Source: a virus (taxonomy: Duplodnaviria; Caudoviricetes). From it: a stretch of DNA of 64,000 nt. The position numbers and the translations under genes were made by a program. Every line of letters starts with the position of its first letter. The stretch's first letter is position 1. Under the pieces are notes generated by a model. The model saw nothing but the letters and a program-made list of their open reading frames with translations. It did not search any database and was not told the origin of the DNA. This document shows, piece by piece, positions 22,701 through 32,300 of this stretch. The DNA lies in IMG/VR virus record IMGVR_UViG_3300036770_007283; one strand, written 5' to 3'.

Positions 22701-23548
22701 TTAAATGTTTCTACATCATATTCAACACCCAAATCACCATTACAATCTACTTGTTCATTGTTTTTTATATATTTAACTGATAGTAATTTTATTACATTTT
22801 TATTTTTTAAGTTAATCAAAAAACCATCAAAACTATTTCCAGTTGTCTCGGAGCTAATTACTTCATTTAAGACTGCTACTTCTTGTAGCGAAACTGGGTG
22901 ATATGGAAATAAGCTACTTCTAGGTGCTTCATTAGATGCGGTGTAATTTAAAATTTCAAAAGTTGGTGTATCACCAGACTGATTTCTAGAAACTCTAATG
23001 ATATCATAAGCATTTTCGTTAGCCAATCTGTCTGTTGCACCAGCAGTTCTGGTTCTTAATTCATCCACTACATCTACTGACAGGTAGTTATTGCTTAAAA
23101 CTTCCCCGATTGTCTTTTGTGCCGTATAAAATTCTTCTGCATGTGCGGAAAGTATATTCTTTAAGTTTGTATTTTCTATTTGAAAAAGGTCTGGAACTGA
23201 TGCGAACATCCTATCTCTAAATGGATTTACATCATCAATGCCAACGAAAAATAACTCTCTGGAAGAGGTATCATAGGGAATTAACTCACCCTTAACTGAT
23301 TTAAAGACTGTGCTTTGAGTATCTATAAATTTTAAAAGATAATAGTTGCCAGAAACCTGTGGCCTGGTTTTAATAATAGCTGTAATACCTTCAATCGTAA
23401 CACCAACCACTTCCAAATCATCAACCGAACCATTCAAAGAAGTGACAGTAAAATTATCCTTGGATAATCCTAAATATAGTTCAGAGCTAAAGGTTACCTT
23501 TAACTCTGTTGTTGATGGAATTGAAAAAGCAATAGGTCTAAGTGACAT
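13727..23548 (-). CDS. Giant (3273 aa) gpI/gp7-like baseplate wedge protein with Ig-like and LamG/concanavalin-A-like domains
   Basis: It follows baseplate J. It contains a YRDAIKATLQSFPKGPT motif and C-terminal LVNRLKPAHT, both typical of P2 gpI-like wedge proteins. LamG signatures: GTIETWVRP, GEVHHIAASW, GGIIDDFKI, GTIELWISP, NTWHRVVC and MDNIRFS. Confidence 0.6.
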   Translation of the reverse strand: MSLRPIAFSIPSTTELKVTFSSELYLGLSKDNFTVTSLNGSVDDLEVVGVTIEGITAIIKTRPQVSGNYYLLKFIDTQSTVFKSVKGELIPYDTSSRELFFVGIDDVNPFRDRMFASVPDLFQIENTNLKNILSAHAEEFYTAQKTIGEVLSNNYLSVDVVDELRTRTAGATDRLANENAYDIIRVSRNQSGDTPTFEILNYTASNEAPRSSLFPYHPVSLQEVAVLNEVISSETTGNSFDGFLINLKNKNVIKLLSVKYIKNNEQVDCNGDLGVEYDVETFKYSIQDNQYDPDYAFKFYQLESNQVLISEFGNLPKPSTLDTLVVSYLYKNVGKYILEDQVEVSRVEKKNNEPIPSNITKFFLSNAPIVNEENEIVTLRGVQFKLSENSELVPKTFSKELIFDSSKLPSKLGEYSVNYNTGEVFVVGESKIGEGTGRNNFIATYFYRKEFTKDIDYSIHEQNIVAIPNRELANDEAQIFIRYDQVFTEGVDYIAKSHIEVMPEFVENRLSQSFRLTTKNSPITDVFRIFNQTTGEVYNLLYHTKTEVAFSGNRSPEVKTVLSEEASFSRIQDEELVVVGEFVIPAFRTRIVSNASNNSIIFYPGIPAELISQNSTDYFFREMSEDNVQDINIKFFGSPDANNLITTAGISATANKPSVGSQVLIGTKGFIINLQNERILNQNLDSIGTVVNSSLELSEDSIFTNEKWFETISTGTTPSQTSLGGISRAFLETKGTKFEENLSRLRKVGDFAVDYYNGIIYVAIKVGQDIRVGNAKYYYGDVETRNKNILTASGAYKKNNSPESAIQSNIIYDKVNNASEKIEIIDLENSLSIYDGVTKANNKDGEMVTTCVVLDDYTAVVPYNINSINSIYNLSDLKGKNLKSSSPLDRKEEYSKDDLLTPVKQGGRNLYDVTSVTYEDNVIDFKKKQRRRVSVDKDDSSLLSITVYDEYATTFVSAKQLVQDRIIFDQNLNITKLSGLEVAAVYQQTGTAEVHIGSGIDLTFVDTDGDYLLDVNGNRFEILAVDTLLSIITVQTPADNNPTIILPAVDPSGSTKIVVKATVTFSNNQMILRFPTDVGITAGDLVDVTYLTNLIPAIGTPLAIDYRFGFIFVDYSYLADEIVVWYEYGDNTLDWSVSDALQEGEQYYVTYKYGALREALRVNFGSLTNIPFFQSFGVNTDRELYRDAIKATLQSFPKGPTISSYKELVKSFTKINPNINELVFGNWILGRDYLNPGKVDYKGVLKFGEGKFNQGLIFNDDVVVKVPALSGLSLDEGTIETWVRPEWAGINNDATLTFNINNLGPEKFLLQERTNPFDSKNNWKLVPTTRLVGSTDLTGSSITIYNYKSDASQEFGLDYGAYGIYKEQKNLDRLVKTKSTIVMAVSMVGFHFNDLRKIITESPVPLENCDANVEAGFTIGTYGAGSLIGGGWPSGISAPATNYALGSFMIADGNTVTGISLQLNQVPGFIFEIDPQVTPSNIESITTDTLQNYNKPFPLRGCTCHINNNIKELSGFNDLTITVELVEAFDFLSFKSSVNILTDDPGMFFLVDTNGIFYQIIGFYDEADELNTKTIPNTSKKFIIKKFGVNNPALSSKSTDDINATIPDGTIRLLYKSADILTKFDYSNSIQAFNFEKSYILDWSKFNEFTIERDPKENIVDIKINNNQFRMFYTDTLPICNLDIGLNIDPDELQGHLIGTFGYNSISNLEILKSYGTVYNRYDVNNVYIGTEGFNPNRSIFSLNRKDFPKSPVGEPPNADKDEGIFIWFDELCRSPIDEESGQWIFRVRSDRNLLYPVDVVVNNDGYKNIYGYLFPKHTFSGNITTDGEFSSVTRSYRSESSSGCDVGVLCNATFRYCGNQLLEDAGWAKIEDSDSDFINVIVGGRETQRSQWRKVGSYNTSNSKGIYRMGPSSANVLDVDKGLGNLVYTRNSCPNGKFEAISSLKVIQVDPNIVSTNFGKFSGATSGNITGINSIHISDHSLNVKVCLAFSTASQPLVLIVDAEINQILDTIPYVWNDQLFHQYRIVKDEEDKKVYFYIDNYMVSQVLIRDFTTPTYSENSQFIEPVIAVYLIDHSFMDVEEYHDTLLPNILDIDLLFFSGMEVLGKPNLESNDILISTDSKVEFEFNIDNFDGYAQPDGYDGYKDFIGVDEIFMISDKKRYLLDTGVGEADRRFSIFKDGKGFLNFRIFDDSLARDNQVAMFNLATSIKHFKPGEVHHIAASWRLNTIEERDEMHLFVDGQEAPNIYKFGGKVPVRVNDKFRDVSKEILYDFLVNDIQFFNPFTDGTISAGGAIFKSNQANFTPSMVGRSLIFVSSTMAPTLIGKEYVIKSVIDSTQVTLGSGDNIDIVAFQVSASDINFKFPATAGIKSNILTDIRNSRISIFRTENDGTKKEMSGIFYTVNMGEINVIRGRNVIKPQFRADLDKKIIEFIGEDSDCNFVETVKPTDIDVHIETYGLNLENCKQKLLLSSSSYKNDDNDTLFSGKSVIRSHGTEPVSLQDIKITRIVLDKTIVSTVDPTPYTGLGYRVDFVINIDNSEKFHSLTSESGLVFKQNLGRLLSLYFDSDNINYCNFDGYEDGYQDGYLDGQINTVTIYGKTTDGINEETYFVSKNGTIDGKKYFKTVTKIAGSLLVIDPDYLEAAIISILETNPISVSDNGGVRAEVFEYRNGHLILSAVGSFGTYPFEIFPGFYNLEYPAYLTLNLPEIGHDLYIGSNFNEKEQFGGIIDDFKIISEMSSDTRVTEAYTSGTRSVTDGYNKSNPSCADSQTLTLLRFDNPIELQARRLRRTKFLDTYNNITYNLSRTQQEQLLEIVNDSARFISKMINWGFSLDDATKTFYEVHRAEGGPLFNEAEFYRNVEEFPKSNNSVNDMFMRSGNFTSGKGLLLLNNDGKFRKDEGTIELWISPVIDTAIDKEIKYYVDIFSGKQERVKSMTSTIIELPNPARKILSIKLLKKTQEFKDLYISSEADTILFDEISRSPISGRLEGGTGSDKNFSIGCRLSPDGKKVYLAESLPGHNVDVVVTYVPFGSNGDRFSIFKNEFNQLVFGITAEGIDNVVKIDIDWKKNTWHRVVCMYKTNSFYDTMRIFCDGKEGGFVTYGTGLIYGTEYVYGQFAQKEGQIRNKEYNINLFDEFKLVSIGSDVFGQLSCNARMDNIRFSRVMRTVIRDSGGNAVDLNYSSNLNTVMPVIKDDATTLLIDFDADLNKIDKFATVIDPVRGIYNFDIEVLDNFNKVIGINNGEVEDLIIDLVNRLKPAHTNALVKFKKLRC

Positions 23549-23556
23549 GATTTACC

Positions 23557-26500
23557 TTATGTAATTTTAAAATCTTTGCGTGAAACGGCAGTAATTCTTA
23601 CATCTCCGGCCGCAATTGATTGATTATTAAGTGCTTTTATATAAGTCCTTCTTCCAACCGACCCAGACTCATTAAAGAGTGAAATGTTGACGGAATCAAC
23701 ACCAGAGATGGATGTAACCGAATTTATGATATCTGAATAGTCTATTGTAGAACCAAGGGTGGAACTATTTAAAAGATTAACTACGGAATTTAAAGAATTT
23801 TCTATAACAGTATTTGACTCTGAAGTAAAATCATTATTTACTATAATTTCACCTCTTACATCTACATATAAAATTGGGGCTTCTTTTACAAGCACATCTG
23901 CGGTAATACATCTTACATTTTCTAAGTTTACTGTAACATCTGAAATAAGTCTATTTAAATTATATCTTACTGTAAGTCTTTCACCTTCAATTGGTGCAGT
24001 AAATTTATAATCTGAAGAATAAGATAATCCAACTGATGGCTGACTTGTTGGGTCAATTCTAATTGTGCCAATTAAAGAACCTGCTGGGCTTCTAAAACCA
24101 GAGGAAACGGAAACCCTATTGACCCTAGAAAAAACCTTATTTGTAATAACCTTAGAGTTACCAGGAAAATATAACTCTTCTACATCATTAGAATTATATA
24201 CCAATAGGTCTACAACAACTTTTTCACCGCTAGAAAAAGATAAGGCATTATTATTGGCTGTTGCTGGCAATTTAAACTTTGTAGGACTTAACGTTGTATC
24301 TAATTCAACAACACCTAATCCATAAGTATTGTTAGATAGCACATGCCCCATCAAATCAAACTTTTTGCTGGAATCATCTATTGATTCAATATTGTCTACT
24401 CTTGCAATTCCAAACGTGGCAGGAAAAGTAGTTAAAGATAGTGCAAATTTAATTGCAGAAGTTAAATCAAACTGTAATCCACTAATAGAGGTTCCGGCTA
24501 CTACTTCTAACTGAAGCCTAGTTAAAGTCTCACCGTTTACTTTGATTTTGCCTGCTCGTGTCACTGAGGAAATAGTTATAGATAATCTTGTGGGGCCAAA
24601 TCTTTGTGTGCCTAAGATAGTTCCTGCGTTGGAAATATTATAAAATACTGGCTGATTACTTCCAGAAAGTTCTGACAAGGTATTATTAAATAACCTATTA
24701 GACAATGAAGTTCCGTTAATTGGTAATAAAGTTAAAGAATTAGAAGGTAATAATTCTGATATTTGTGCAATATAATCTACATAAATTGGCTCGCCAGTTA
24801 AATAAAGGCTATCTACTTCGTCTAATATAGCATTGGTTGTTAAAATATCAGATGATGGTAAGGTTATTATATTATTAGAAAACGCACCATCACCATTGCT
24901 AATGGTATAGAGCTCTAATTTGTTGTAGAAAACTGTAGCGTTAATAGAGCTACCAACTGGGGAATCAGATGGAAGATATATAGTTTTTCCAGAAAAACTA
25001 CCGTCATTTTTAATTGTATTATATAATTCTACGCCAGTTTCATTCTTGACAGAGATTATATTAGTTATATTGACTTCTGTGCTGGGAAGAACCACGCCAT
25101 TAACCAGCATCCCGCCAATCCCTTGTACTAATTGCACCGTTCCAGTTGCTGTAATGGCAGAATATAGAGAGGTTATTCTGCTTATATCATTAGAAACAGA
25201 AACCTGATATTCTAAACCATCATTTGTTTTTTCAATTACAGAAACCTCAGCCTTGATTCCATTGCTGGTTCCCCAATCAATAGAATCATTTACAAATTGA
25301 TCTACGAATTGAGCCCCAGTATATTTTCCATTATAATCAATATATTTATCGAAATATAATCTCCATATATAGTTAACACTCAAAATATCAGATGGTGATG
25401 GCAAGGTTTTTCCGGAAATAACAATTTCACCAGTTAGATTAATTGCCGCATCTGGATCTAGATTTTGATCTTCTACTACATATACCTCACCAGTGGTTTT
25501 GTTTAAAACACGACTAACAGTGACTACTGGTGAATGATTTAGTTTTATTATGGTACGATCTACTGAATTTACCTTGGAATTTTCTGCATTAACAGAGATA
25601 TCTTGATATACGTTATTAACTATTTTAATACTGGAAAATCTTAATGGGTCTACGCTATTGAGAGATTGTTTAATGATTGATTCATTAACTACTTGCTTTT
25701 CACTAGAAATAAATCTAATCTTATCAAAACCAAAGGGGCTTCCACCAGTTTCTGGATTTGTATCTTTGATTAATTCATAGTTGCCAGATACGATACCATT
25801 TTGGTCAACTAATTTTTCTGCCAGTACGCCTGATTCGCTTCCAATTACAGAAATAACGGCAGTTGCTGGTTGTTGTGGTAAGATGCCATTGTTAAATGCT
25901 AAAACTCTTCTTTCTTCTGAAGTTAAAGTGGTATCTAAAGTTGATTGACCTAAAATATAATCATTTCTTTCGTCAGAAGCATTACCTGTGCCAGAACGGT
26001 CTGTAAAGATATAAGATTCAACGATCTCTTCTAGTTGTTGTCCCAGAATATATAAATCTACTTTTCCACCAGTTCCAGAATTTAAGATTCTAAAACTTCC
26101 ATCATTTACTTGTATCGTCTCTGTGCCATCCCTAAGCATCAAGGTGTTTCCTGGCTCTATTATAATGGCGTCATTAACACCCGTTACACCTAGTGCCGCA
26201 TTTCTATATCCAAATGCGGTACCTGTATTAGCACCGCTGAAGACAGAAAAAACTCTGGCTCTAAAAACTGAATCACTCTCTGTATTGGTACCACCATTAA
26301 AAGAAGTAAGATTGGTAACCCTAACGCTATCTCTTAAGTTATGCTCTATCACTTGTAAGCTAGAAATATTGCCTGTGGTTCCAGAATTAATAGCCCTAAC
26401 GGGTATTTCAATAGCAAAGCTATCATTAATTCCTGCTAGGTCTAAGGAACTTCTTAATCTAGTTGCTGTTGCTGCAAATCTATTTTTTTCTGCAACAGAC

Positions 26501-26874
26501 ATTACGAAGTTTCCAATAGTTTTATATTGAAGATTGCCCCTGGTAGTTACAACCGTATTGGCAGGTATGGAAATATCTGTATTTAGATTATTTACTGTAA
26601 AGACTACTATTCCGTTAGCAGGCGCACCAGTTCTTCTTGTAATTCCAAAGTTATTTGCCCAACGATCTAAATCTTTACCAGTTGCCAATTCGGGAGATTG
26701 CTTTTGTGAAACAGTTAACATAGAACTATGAAGTCTTTGTAACTGATCGGCCTGTACATCAATAAATAGATCCCTAGCCACAGTACCTGGCTTTGTATCC
26801 AGGTTTGGCTGTGTTAATCTTAATCTTTCAATGATAGAATTAACTATCTCGCTAAAAGTTCTAAATATTGCCAC
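23557..26874 (-). CDS. Baseplate J-like wedge protein (expanded, GTG start)
   Basis: PGTVARDLFID, ATGKDLDRWANNFGITRR, GTTGNI, FNGGTNTESDSVFRAR, GTGGKVDLYI, and C-terminal DIINSVTSISGVDSV. Confidence 0.9.
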   Translation of the reverse strand: MAIFRTFSEIVNSIIERLRLTQPNLDTKPGTVARDLFIDVQADQLQRLHSSMLTVSQKQSPELATGKDLDRWANNFGITRRTGAPANGIVVFTVNNLNTDISIPANTVVTTRGNLQYKTIGNFVMSVAEKNRFAATATRLRSSLDLAGINDSFAIEIPVRAINSGTTGNISSLQVIEHNLRDSVRVTNLTSFNGGTNTESDSVFRARVFSVFSGANTGTAFGYRNAALGVTGVNDAIIIEPGNTLMLRDGTETIQVNDGSFRILNSGTGGKVDLYILGQQLEEIVESYIFTDRSGTGNASDERNDYILGQSTLDTTLTSEERRVLAFNNGILPQQPATAVISVIGSESGVLAEKLVDQNGIVSGNYELIKDTNPETGGSPFGFDKIRFISSEKQVVNESIIKQSLNSVDPLRFSSIKIVNNVYQDISVNAENSKVNSVDRTIIKLNHSPVVTVSRVLNKTTGEVYVVEDQNLDPDAAINLTGEIVISGKTLPSPSDILSVNYIWRLYFDKYIDYNGKYTGAQFVDQFVNDSIDWGTSNGIKAEVSVIEKTNDGLEYQVSVSNDISRITSLYSAITATGTVQLVQGIGGMLVNGVVLPSTEVNITNIISVKNETGVELYNTIKNDGSFSGKTIYLPSDSPVGSSINATVFYNKLELYTISNGDGAFSNNIITLPSSDILTTNAILDEVDSLYLTGEPIYVDYIAQISELLPSNSLTLLPINGTSLSNRLFNNTLSELSGSNQPVFYNISNAGTILGTQRFGPTRLSITISSVTRAGKIKVNGETLTRLQLEVVAGTSISGLQFDLTSAIKFALSLTTFPATFGIARVDNIESIDDSSKKFDLMGHVLSNNTYGLGVVELDTTLSPTKFKLPATANNNALSFSSGEKVVVDLLVYNSNDVEELYFPGNSKVITNKVFSRVNRVSVSSGFRSPAGSLIGTIRIDPTSQPSVGLSYSSDYKFTAPIEGERLTVRYNLNRLISDVTVNLENVRCITADVLVKEAPILYVDVRGEIIVNNDFTSESNTVIENSLNSVVNLLNSSTLGSTIDYSDIINSVTSISGVDSVNISLFNESGSVGRRTYIKALNNQSIAAGDVRITAVSRKDFKIT

Positions 26875-26883
26875 AGTTTTTCC

Positions 26884-27315
26884 TTATGCTATTCTGATTG
26901 TAACAGATTCTGTAATAGTAGTAAGTGCGCCAGTTTGCACACCAATAAATATATTGTATAGTCTAGGATCAATAGTATCTCTTTCCACCGAAACTTTGGA
27001 TATTCCAATTAACCTTTCACCAGGCGTTAAAAACTGACTTCTGGACTGTCCCTTTTGTAAAGCTATAATTTTTTGAATAGAGTTTTCTACCGAAGCCTTG
27101 AGGTCAGTCTCTAAGAACTCTAGATCTGGAATATTACCAATTTGGATACTCCCAATCTCGCTTCCATATGTAGGATGGTATTTATTTTCACCTAATTTAG
27201 TTAGCAATATTTTAACTATATCTTGCCTAAGCTTATAATTATCAAATACAGTAGATACAGTTCCATCTGCATCAATTTTAATATCGCCACCCTCTATTTT
27301 TAAATCAAACGACAT
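26884..27315 (-). CDS. gp25/gpW-like baseplate wedge subunit (start revised to MSFDLK)
   Basis: LRQDIVKILLTKLGENKYHPTYGSEI motif, position immediately upstream of baseplate J, and an AGGAG RBS. Confidence 0.85.
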   Translation of the reverse strand: MSFDLKIEGGDIKIDADGTVSTVFDNYKLRQDIVKILLTKLGENKYHPTYGSEIGSIQIGNIPDLEFLETDLKASVENSIQKIIALQKGQSRSQFLTPGERLIGISKVSVERDTIDPRLYNIFIGVQTGALTTITESVTIRIA

Positions 27316-27420
27316 TAACTTTAACAATCTCCTTACTATTTTATTAAAAATAATAGAAAGAAAATTGTTGAAGGATGTAATCATCAACTTTCAAAGATAA
27401 ATATTTTATCTAGTATTTTT

Positions 27421-29379
27421 TTAGAAAATATCTAAACCTTCATTACCCTCATCATCAAATAATTCTTCATATTCTGTGCTTAGCGGTTCAGTATCGTCAG
27501 GTGTCGAATCTGGTCTAGAGTCTGATTGAATTTCTTTTAAAAATAAACTATAGCCCTCATGAATAAGCTTTGTTAATTCGTTTATAGATGCAACAGAATC
27601 ATTTCTTTCCGTATTAGTTAACAACTTCTTAAATTCACCATTTTTAATTCTGTCATACTGTGCCTTTGAAAGTAATCCAAGTAAGCTTTCCTCTGATATT
27701 GTAAATAAAGCCAAAGAAAAAACCGCCAAATCAATTGTTCCAATCCCAATATCTGTTCCCATGCAAGTGTTGATTTCTTGCATCTTTGGCTCAACCGCCT
27801 CACTAAAATGTTGTTCACGCGCATCATTTATTTCAACCAGCCTTTGTGAGATGCCTTTTCTTGGAACATCTATAACATCTATCAGTCCACTCATCATGTG
27901 AGAGTCATAAATGCTAGAAGTTCTTTGTGTTTGGGCCTGCAAATCCAAAGCCTCTGAATTATCACCTAGCAAGAACATGATAGAATCTTCAACTAGTTTT
28001 TGTTGGTTCAATAAATCTATATCGTAACCATAGAATGACTGAGGATTTGCCGGCTGATCTACGTCTGTAGATGGAGAGCCAGCCTCTGCAGAAGTCCTTT
28101 CTGTACCCTGTAGATCATCATCCGAATTTGTAGATGGCCGTGTGTTTGATTTCTCCATCTCGCTTATAATAACATCAATATCTGCAACCAATTTTTTTGC
28201 CAATCCAGAAATAGCACTCCTTAGGCGCAAAATAAATAAAGACTCCAAAATACCATAATCGTCAGATCTGACATCTGTTCCGTCTAATTTAAATAAAGCA
28301 TCATCCTCTTCCAGTACGCCTTTTTTAGTAAAAGTATTAGTACCACTAGCCTTATCCAACCTGATTCTAATTACACTTTCTAAGAGTGCAGGCCTTGTTT
28401 TTACATTATTAATTTTTTTAACTTTAGATGTTGTAAAAAGCGGAGCAACAATTTTTTCTGGTTCATTTATATAATTTGCTATTCCGTAATCTTGAATTGG
28501 CGGAACTAACAAGTAGCAAAATTTCCATATATCTTGGCTAATTTTTGCTATATTAACACTTCTATCTTCATCACTGGCAGTTACGACTAATCGACTAACT
28601 TTTTCATCAGGTATTGGTTCATCTCTAACTGGATTTATAAACGAAGAAAATTGGTCCTCCCTACTTATGGTTGTTGGGAAGGGAATAATAGGCCCACCAT
28701 TGTCGTTTACAATATTACCGCTTTCATCTATGCCCAAATCTAAAAGATCAGCCTTATCTTCGGTGCTAAGCTGGCTAATGTTAATCTCATTGTAAGAAAT
28801 GTTGTTTAAAACACCTGTTGAAATATTATATATTGAATTATCAATAAGATAAGAACGCTCTGTTTTTGTTTTTTTTCTTTGTTCCAATATATCTCTAACT
28901 GCAGCGAATGGTTTGAGCTTTAGCTCACCACTTGCTGGATCAATAACATAAATACTATCAGAAGTTCTAATTTCAATATCTTCAATTGAAACCCCAAGCT
29001 CGGCTGTGCTAACCGATGGCATTCCCAACATCCTCAAGAAAGTATTCTCATAGGATTCTAGATTGTTGGTGGTATCCGCCAAGTCTTCTACTTCCTCTTC
29101 TTCATTAGGTGAGTCTGGCTTAAAAAATTCTGTATTTAAATAACTTGAACGCATTTTTCTAATTGATTTAGCAACAGATAAAAACTGACGTGCAATATCT
29201 TTTCTGTTAGCCTCATCTTTATATAAATCTGACAGCACACCTATATCTAGATAGTCTCCTTCCGTCTGCCTGGTTCTACCGTAAGATCGGTCCAAGGAGT
29301 CTGCCGTGTTGCCAAAAGACCCCTTTAAAGTAACTTCTGCAGATTTAATTCTCTGTTCTAGCGTTTTTTCATTTGCCAT
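27421..29379 (-). CDS. Hypothetical virion/baseplate-region protein (652 aa, acidic)
   Basis: Long ORF inside the baseplate operon. No recognisable motif; it has a hydrophobic helix near the C-terminus and an acidic tail. Confidence 0.7.
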   Translation of the reverse strand: MANEKTLEQRIKSAEVTLKGSFGNTADSLDRSYGRTRQTEGDYLDIGVLSDLYKDEANRKDIARQFLSVAKSIRKMRSSYLNTEFFKPDSPNEEEEVEDLADTTNNLESYENTFLRMLGMPSVSTAELGVSIEDIEIRTSDSIYVIDPASGELKLKPFAAVRDILEQRKKTKTERSYLIDNSIYNISTGVLNNISYNEINISQLSTEDKADLLDLGIDESGNIVNDNGGPIIPFPTTISREDQFSSFINPVRDEPIPDEKVSRLVVTASDEDRSVNIAKISQDIWKFCYLLVPPIQDYGIANYINEPEKIVAPLFTTSKVKKINNVKTRPALLESVIRIRLDKASGTNTFTKKGVLEEDDALFKLDGTDVRSDDYGILESLFILRLRSAISGLAKKLVADIDVIISEMEKSNTRPSTNSDDDLQGTERTSAEAGSPSTDVDQPANPQSFYGYDIDLLNQQKLVEDSIMFLLGDNSEALDLQAQTQRTSSIYDSHMMSGLIDVIDVPRKGISQRLVEINDAREQHFSEAVEPKMQEINTCMGTDIGIGTIDLAVFSLALFTISEESLLGLLSKAQYDRIKNGEFKKLLTNTERNDSVASINELTKLIHEGYSLFLKEIQSDSRPDSTPDDTEPLSTEYEELFDDEGNEGLDIF

Positions 29380-29381
29380 AA

Positions 29382-32300
29382 TTAATTCTCCAGCCTAGTT
29401 CCAAACTCTTGAGGATTTGTATTATTGGTAATATCGCCACTGACCATGGGTATAAATTGATTTGGAGTATCTATAAAGTAAACGCTCAAAATTCTATCAA
29501 CCTTTGTTAAGGCACCTAGTGGTGGTGAGTTTGTAGATATAATACTCTGATTGTCTGGAATACAATCCACTGTAGCTTCCTGCTCTTCACTGATTGTAAT
29601 TCCGCTGTATGTTATAGCCTGTATAGTTCTATCACAAATCTTGGCTCTAATCTTAACTTCACCAACACCTTCCGAGGTGACTTTTGCTAAATATTTGCCG
29701 CCATTTTTGGTAACTAAATTATTGTCTGGACCCTTAATTACTTTGGCGGAATTAGTTTGATCACTAATAATCTCAACTAAGATTCTGCTAGAAAAATCAC
29801 CACCTAGTTCGTTATCGTACGCATCCCTTGGAATAATCTCTATGTTGGCTACAGATCCTGTCTTAATTTTAACTGAATCACCAATCCCTGCTGCATACTC
29901 TCTGGCACCTGTAAATGCAGCACCCGATCCAACAAAGTTTTCTAATATTTCATCAGTAACTGTGCCATCAACATAACCAGCCAACGGTGTTTGATCCTGA
30001 TCTTCCAATATTTTTAGACTAGTGTTCAGGCTGCTAACAGCATACTTACAGATATCATTTGCTGCTTTTTCTAAGCACCTATTTACATCACTATTTAATC
30101 CTTCAAAAGTATCAATCTCAATTCCGCCCAAGGGTAGAATTCCTAATTGACGTTGCTCTGATAGTTTGTTTACCATGCCCAAAAGACCACTCTTCCAATC
30201 AGTAACGCAACCTTGTGCCTGACTAACTATATTCTTAATGTCTTCTACGTTATTATCTTCAAATGGAAAGTTATTTATAGAGGCTGTAGAACAGAACTGC
30301 TCCAACTGTTCTGCGGCCTGTCTCATATCAAAAAAGTAAAGTTGTGGGAAATCAAATAAATTTACAACACCATCATCAGTACTTGGATCACCATCTGTAT
30401 CTAACTCTACTTCTTCTTTTTGAAATTTTTGTTTTGGTGCAGATGAGGCGTTAATAATAGTTGCTTCAATGGATTCTACAAAACCATCGTCATTAAACTT
30501 AATCCCATCCTTATTTATAAAATAAACATTTAAACCATCATCTAAGATCACCAATTTAGGTATGTTATCAAAGGTTCTAGTAACAATATCTACTCCAGTC
30601 TGAGTGGGAACACCAGTTTGTGGATCGGTAGTTAAGATTGGAATTTCTAAATTTAAAATCAAAGGTTTTACAGTTGCAGTCTTTGTATCTAAATTGATAT
30701 CCAAAAAGTCTTCACCATCTACTGGGCTAAAAATATTTCCATTTTGTGCAATCAATAAGTTGTCATTAGACTTTGTAAATAAAGCGATTGGCGAATCTAC
30801 TGTTTGATTTAAATCAATGCTTTTACTATTCAAAGTGGTTGACAAGCCTCTAGACTTAAAAGTAAAGTTAACTTCTGTAGCCAAGCCACCCTTCTTTGAA
30901 CTCTTAGTAAAAGTTGGTGCCATCGTTGGGTTAAAATCTAAATTGCTATTTGCTCTTAGTGAGTCTTGCTCTATATTTAAAGATTCTAAATAGGTTTGTC
31001 CAGAATTATTGGCGACAACATTACCGACATTTGGCTCCACAATATTACCGGCAGATGTACTTCCTGATGTAGTATCGGTAGAATAAGTTTGTGCCACAGG
31101 AAGTAACTTATCTGGAATTATTTCTAACTCTGGGGCCACAATCCCTGCTACAATTCCCGCAATCATGGTTCCATCTACACCGCAATTTTGTTGAGCACCA
31201 TTTGGATTTATGTTACAAGGAAATCTAAATGTTAATTGCAATAGCTCTAAAAATAAAGAAAATATAGACAATACTGGCTCTAAGATACTGATGTCTGCCT
31301 TGATCTCAAATAAGTACTCTGAAAGGGTTTCTTCTAAGGATTTGATTGCTGTAAAATTAATCGGTGTTTTTGCGGCATCACTAATAGCCTTACAAATTTC
31401 ATTTATAGCGGTAATTGTTAAATTAACCTTATCAACCAAGCACTTAAATAATTCTAGCAAGTGTAAGACTAACCTTAAGAACATTACAGGTACTGAGAAT
31501 TGTGGTAAAATTAATATCAGATCCCAGAGAGATTCAAATAACCTTATTACTGCTTTTGCTATTTTAACCGGATTAAGCAAAGAACAAATGACATCAATAA
31601 TACAGAAAATAACTTTAACAGGTACCATCAAGGTTTTAAAACCATTTAGTGATACTTTTAATTCTACAGCCAAATGAAAAGAAAAATCACAGAATGATTT
31701 AATAAAATTCCTTGGGGTTAATGATTTATCTAAAACCTCCTGAACAAATTGCAAAGGATAGGAAGAAGCCTTATCTGCCAGATCTTCTATGTCTGGCGCA
31801 CTACCCTCACCATCATATAACTCTGCTATATCTACAGTGAATGGTCCACCCAGGTTAATTTTGGCACCTTCCCTGGTGGTATTGGTAGTTGAAGCACAAA
31901 CATCAAAGCAGTCTTTTGCAATAATAAATCCTGTTACTTCTGGTGGCATTTGAACTAAGGCTATATAGCTACCAGGTGTGTCATCCACTAAGATCGGCCT
32001 ACCCCTTGGATATAAAGGTATATCATTTAATAAAATGACAAAATCTCTTTCTGAGTTTACAACTTTTATTTTATAAAGTTTTTCAGCAACAATTGTGATT
32101 GGCGTTCCAGAGTCTAAAAGTATAATCTCGCCGTCTTCTGGCCCAATCCCGACAACCTCTGAAACATTATGCTTGATAGATGGTAGTTTTGAATTTAAAA
32201 TATTAAAAAATAATAAAATATTTTTATCGTATATGCGATAATAATCTTTTAAAAAGATTGCACCGCCTGGTAGCACCAAAACTTTTTTATCTAACGAATT

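Noticed and set aside
27360-27392. Possible terminator hairpin (GATG-ATTA-CATC, extended by GTT/AAC) followed by T-rich sequence before gp25
   Set aside because: The stem is short, bulged and AT-rich, which is too weak to call.
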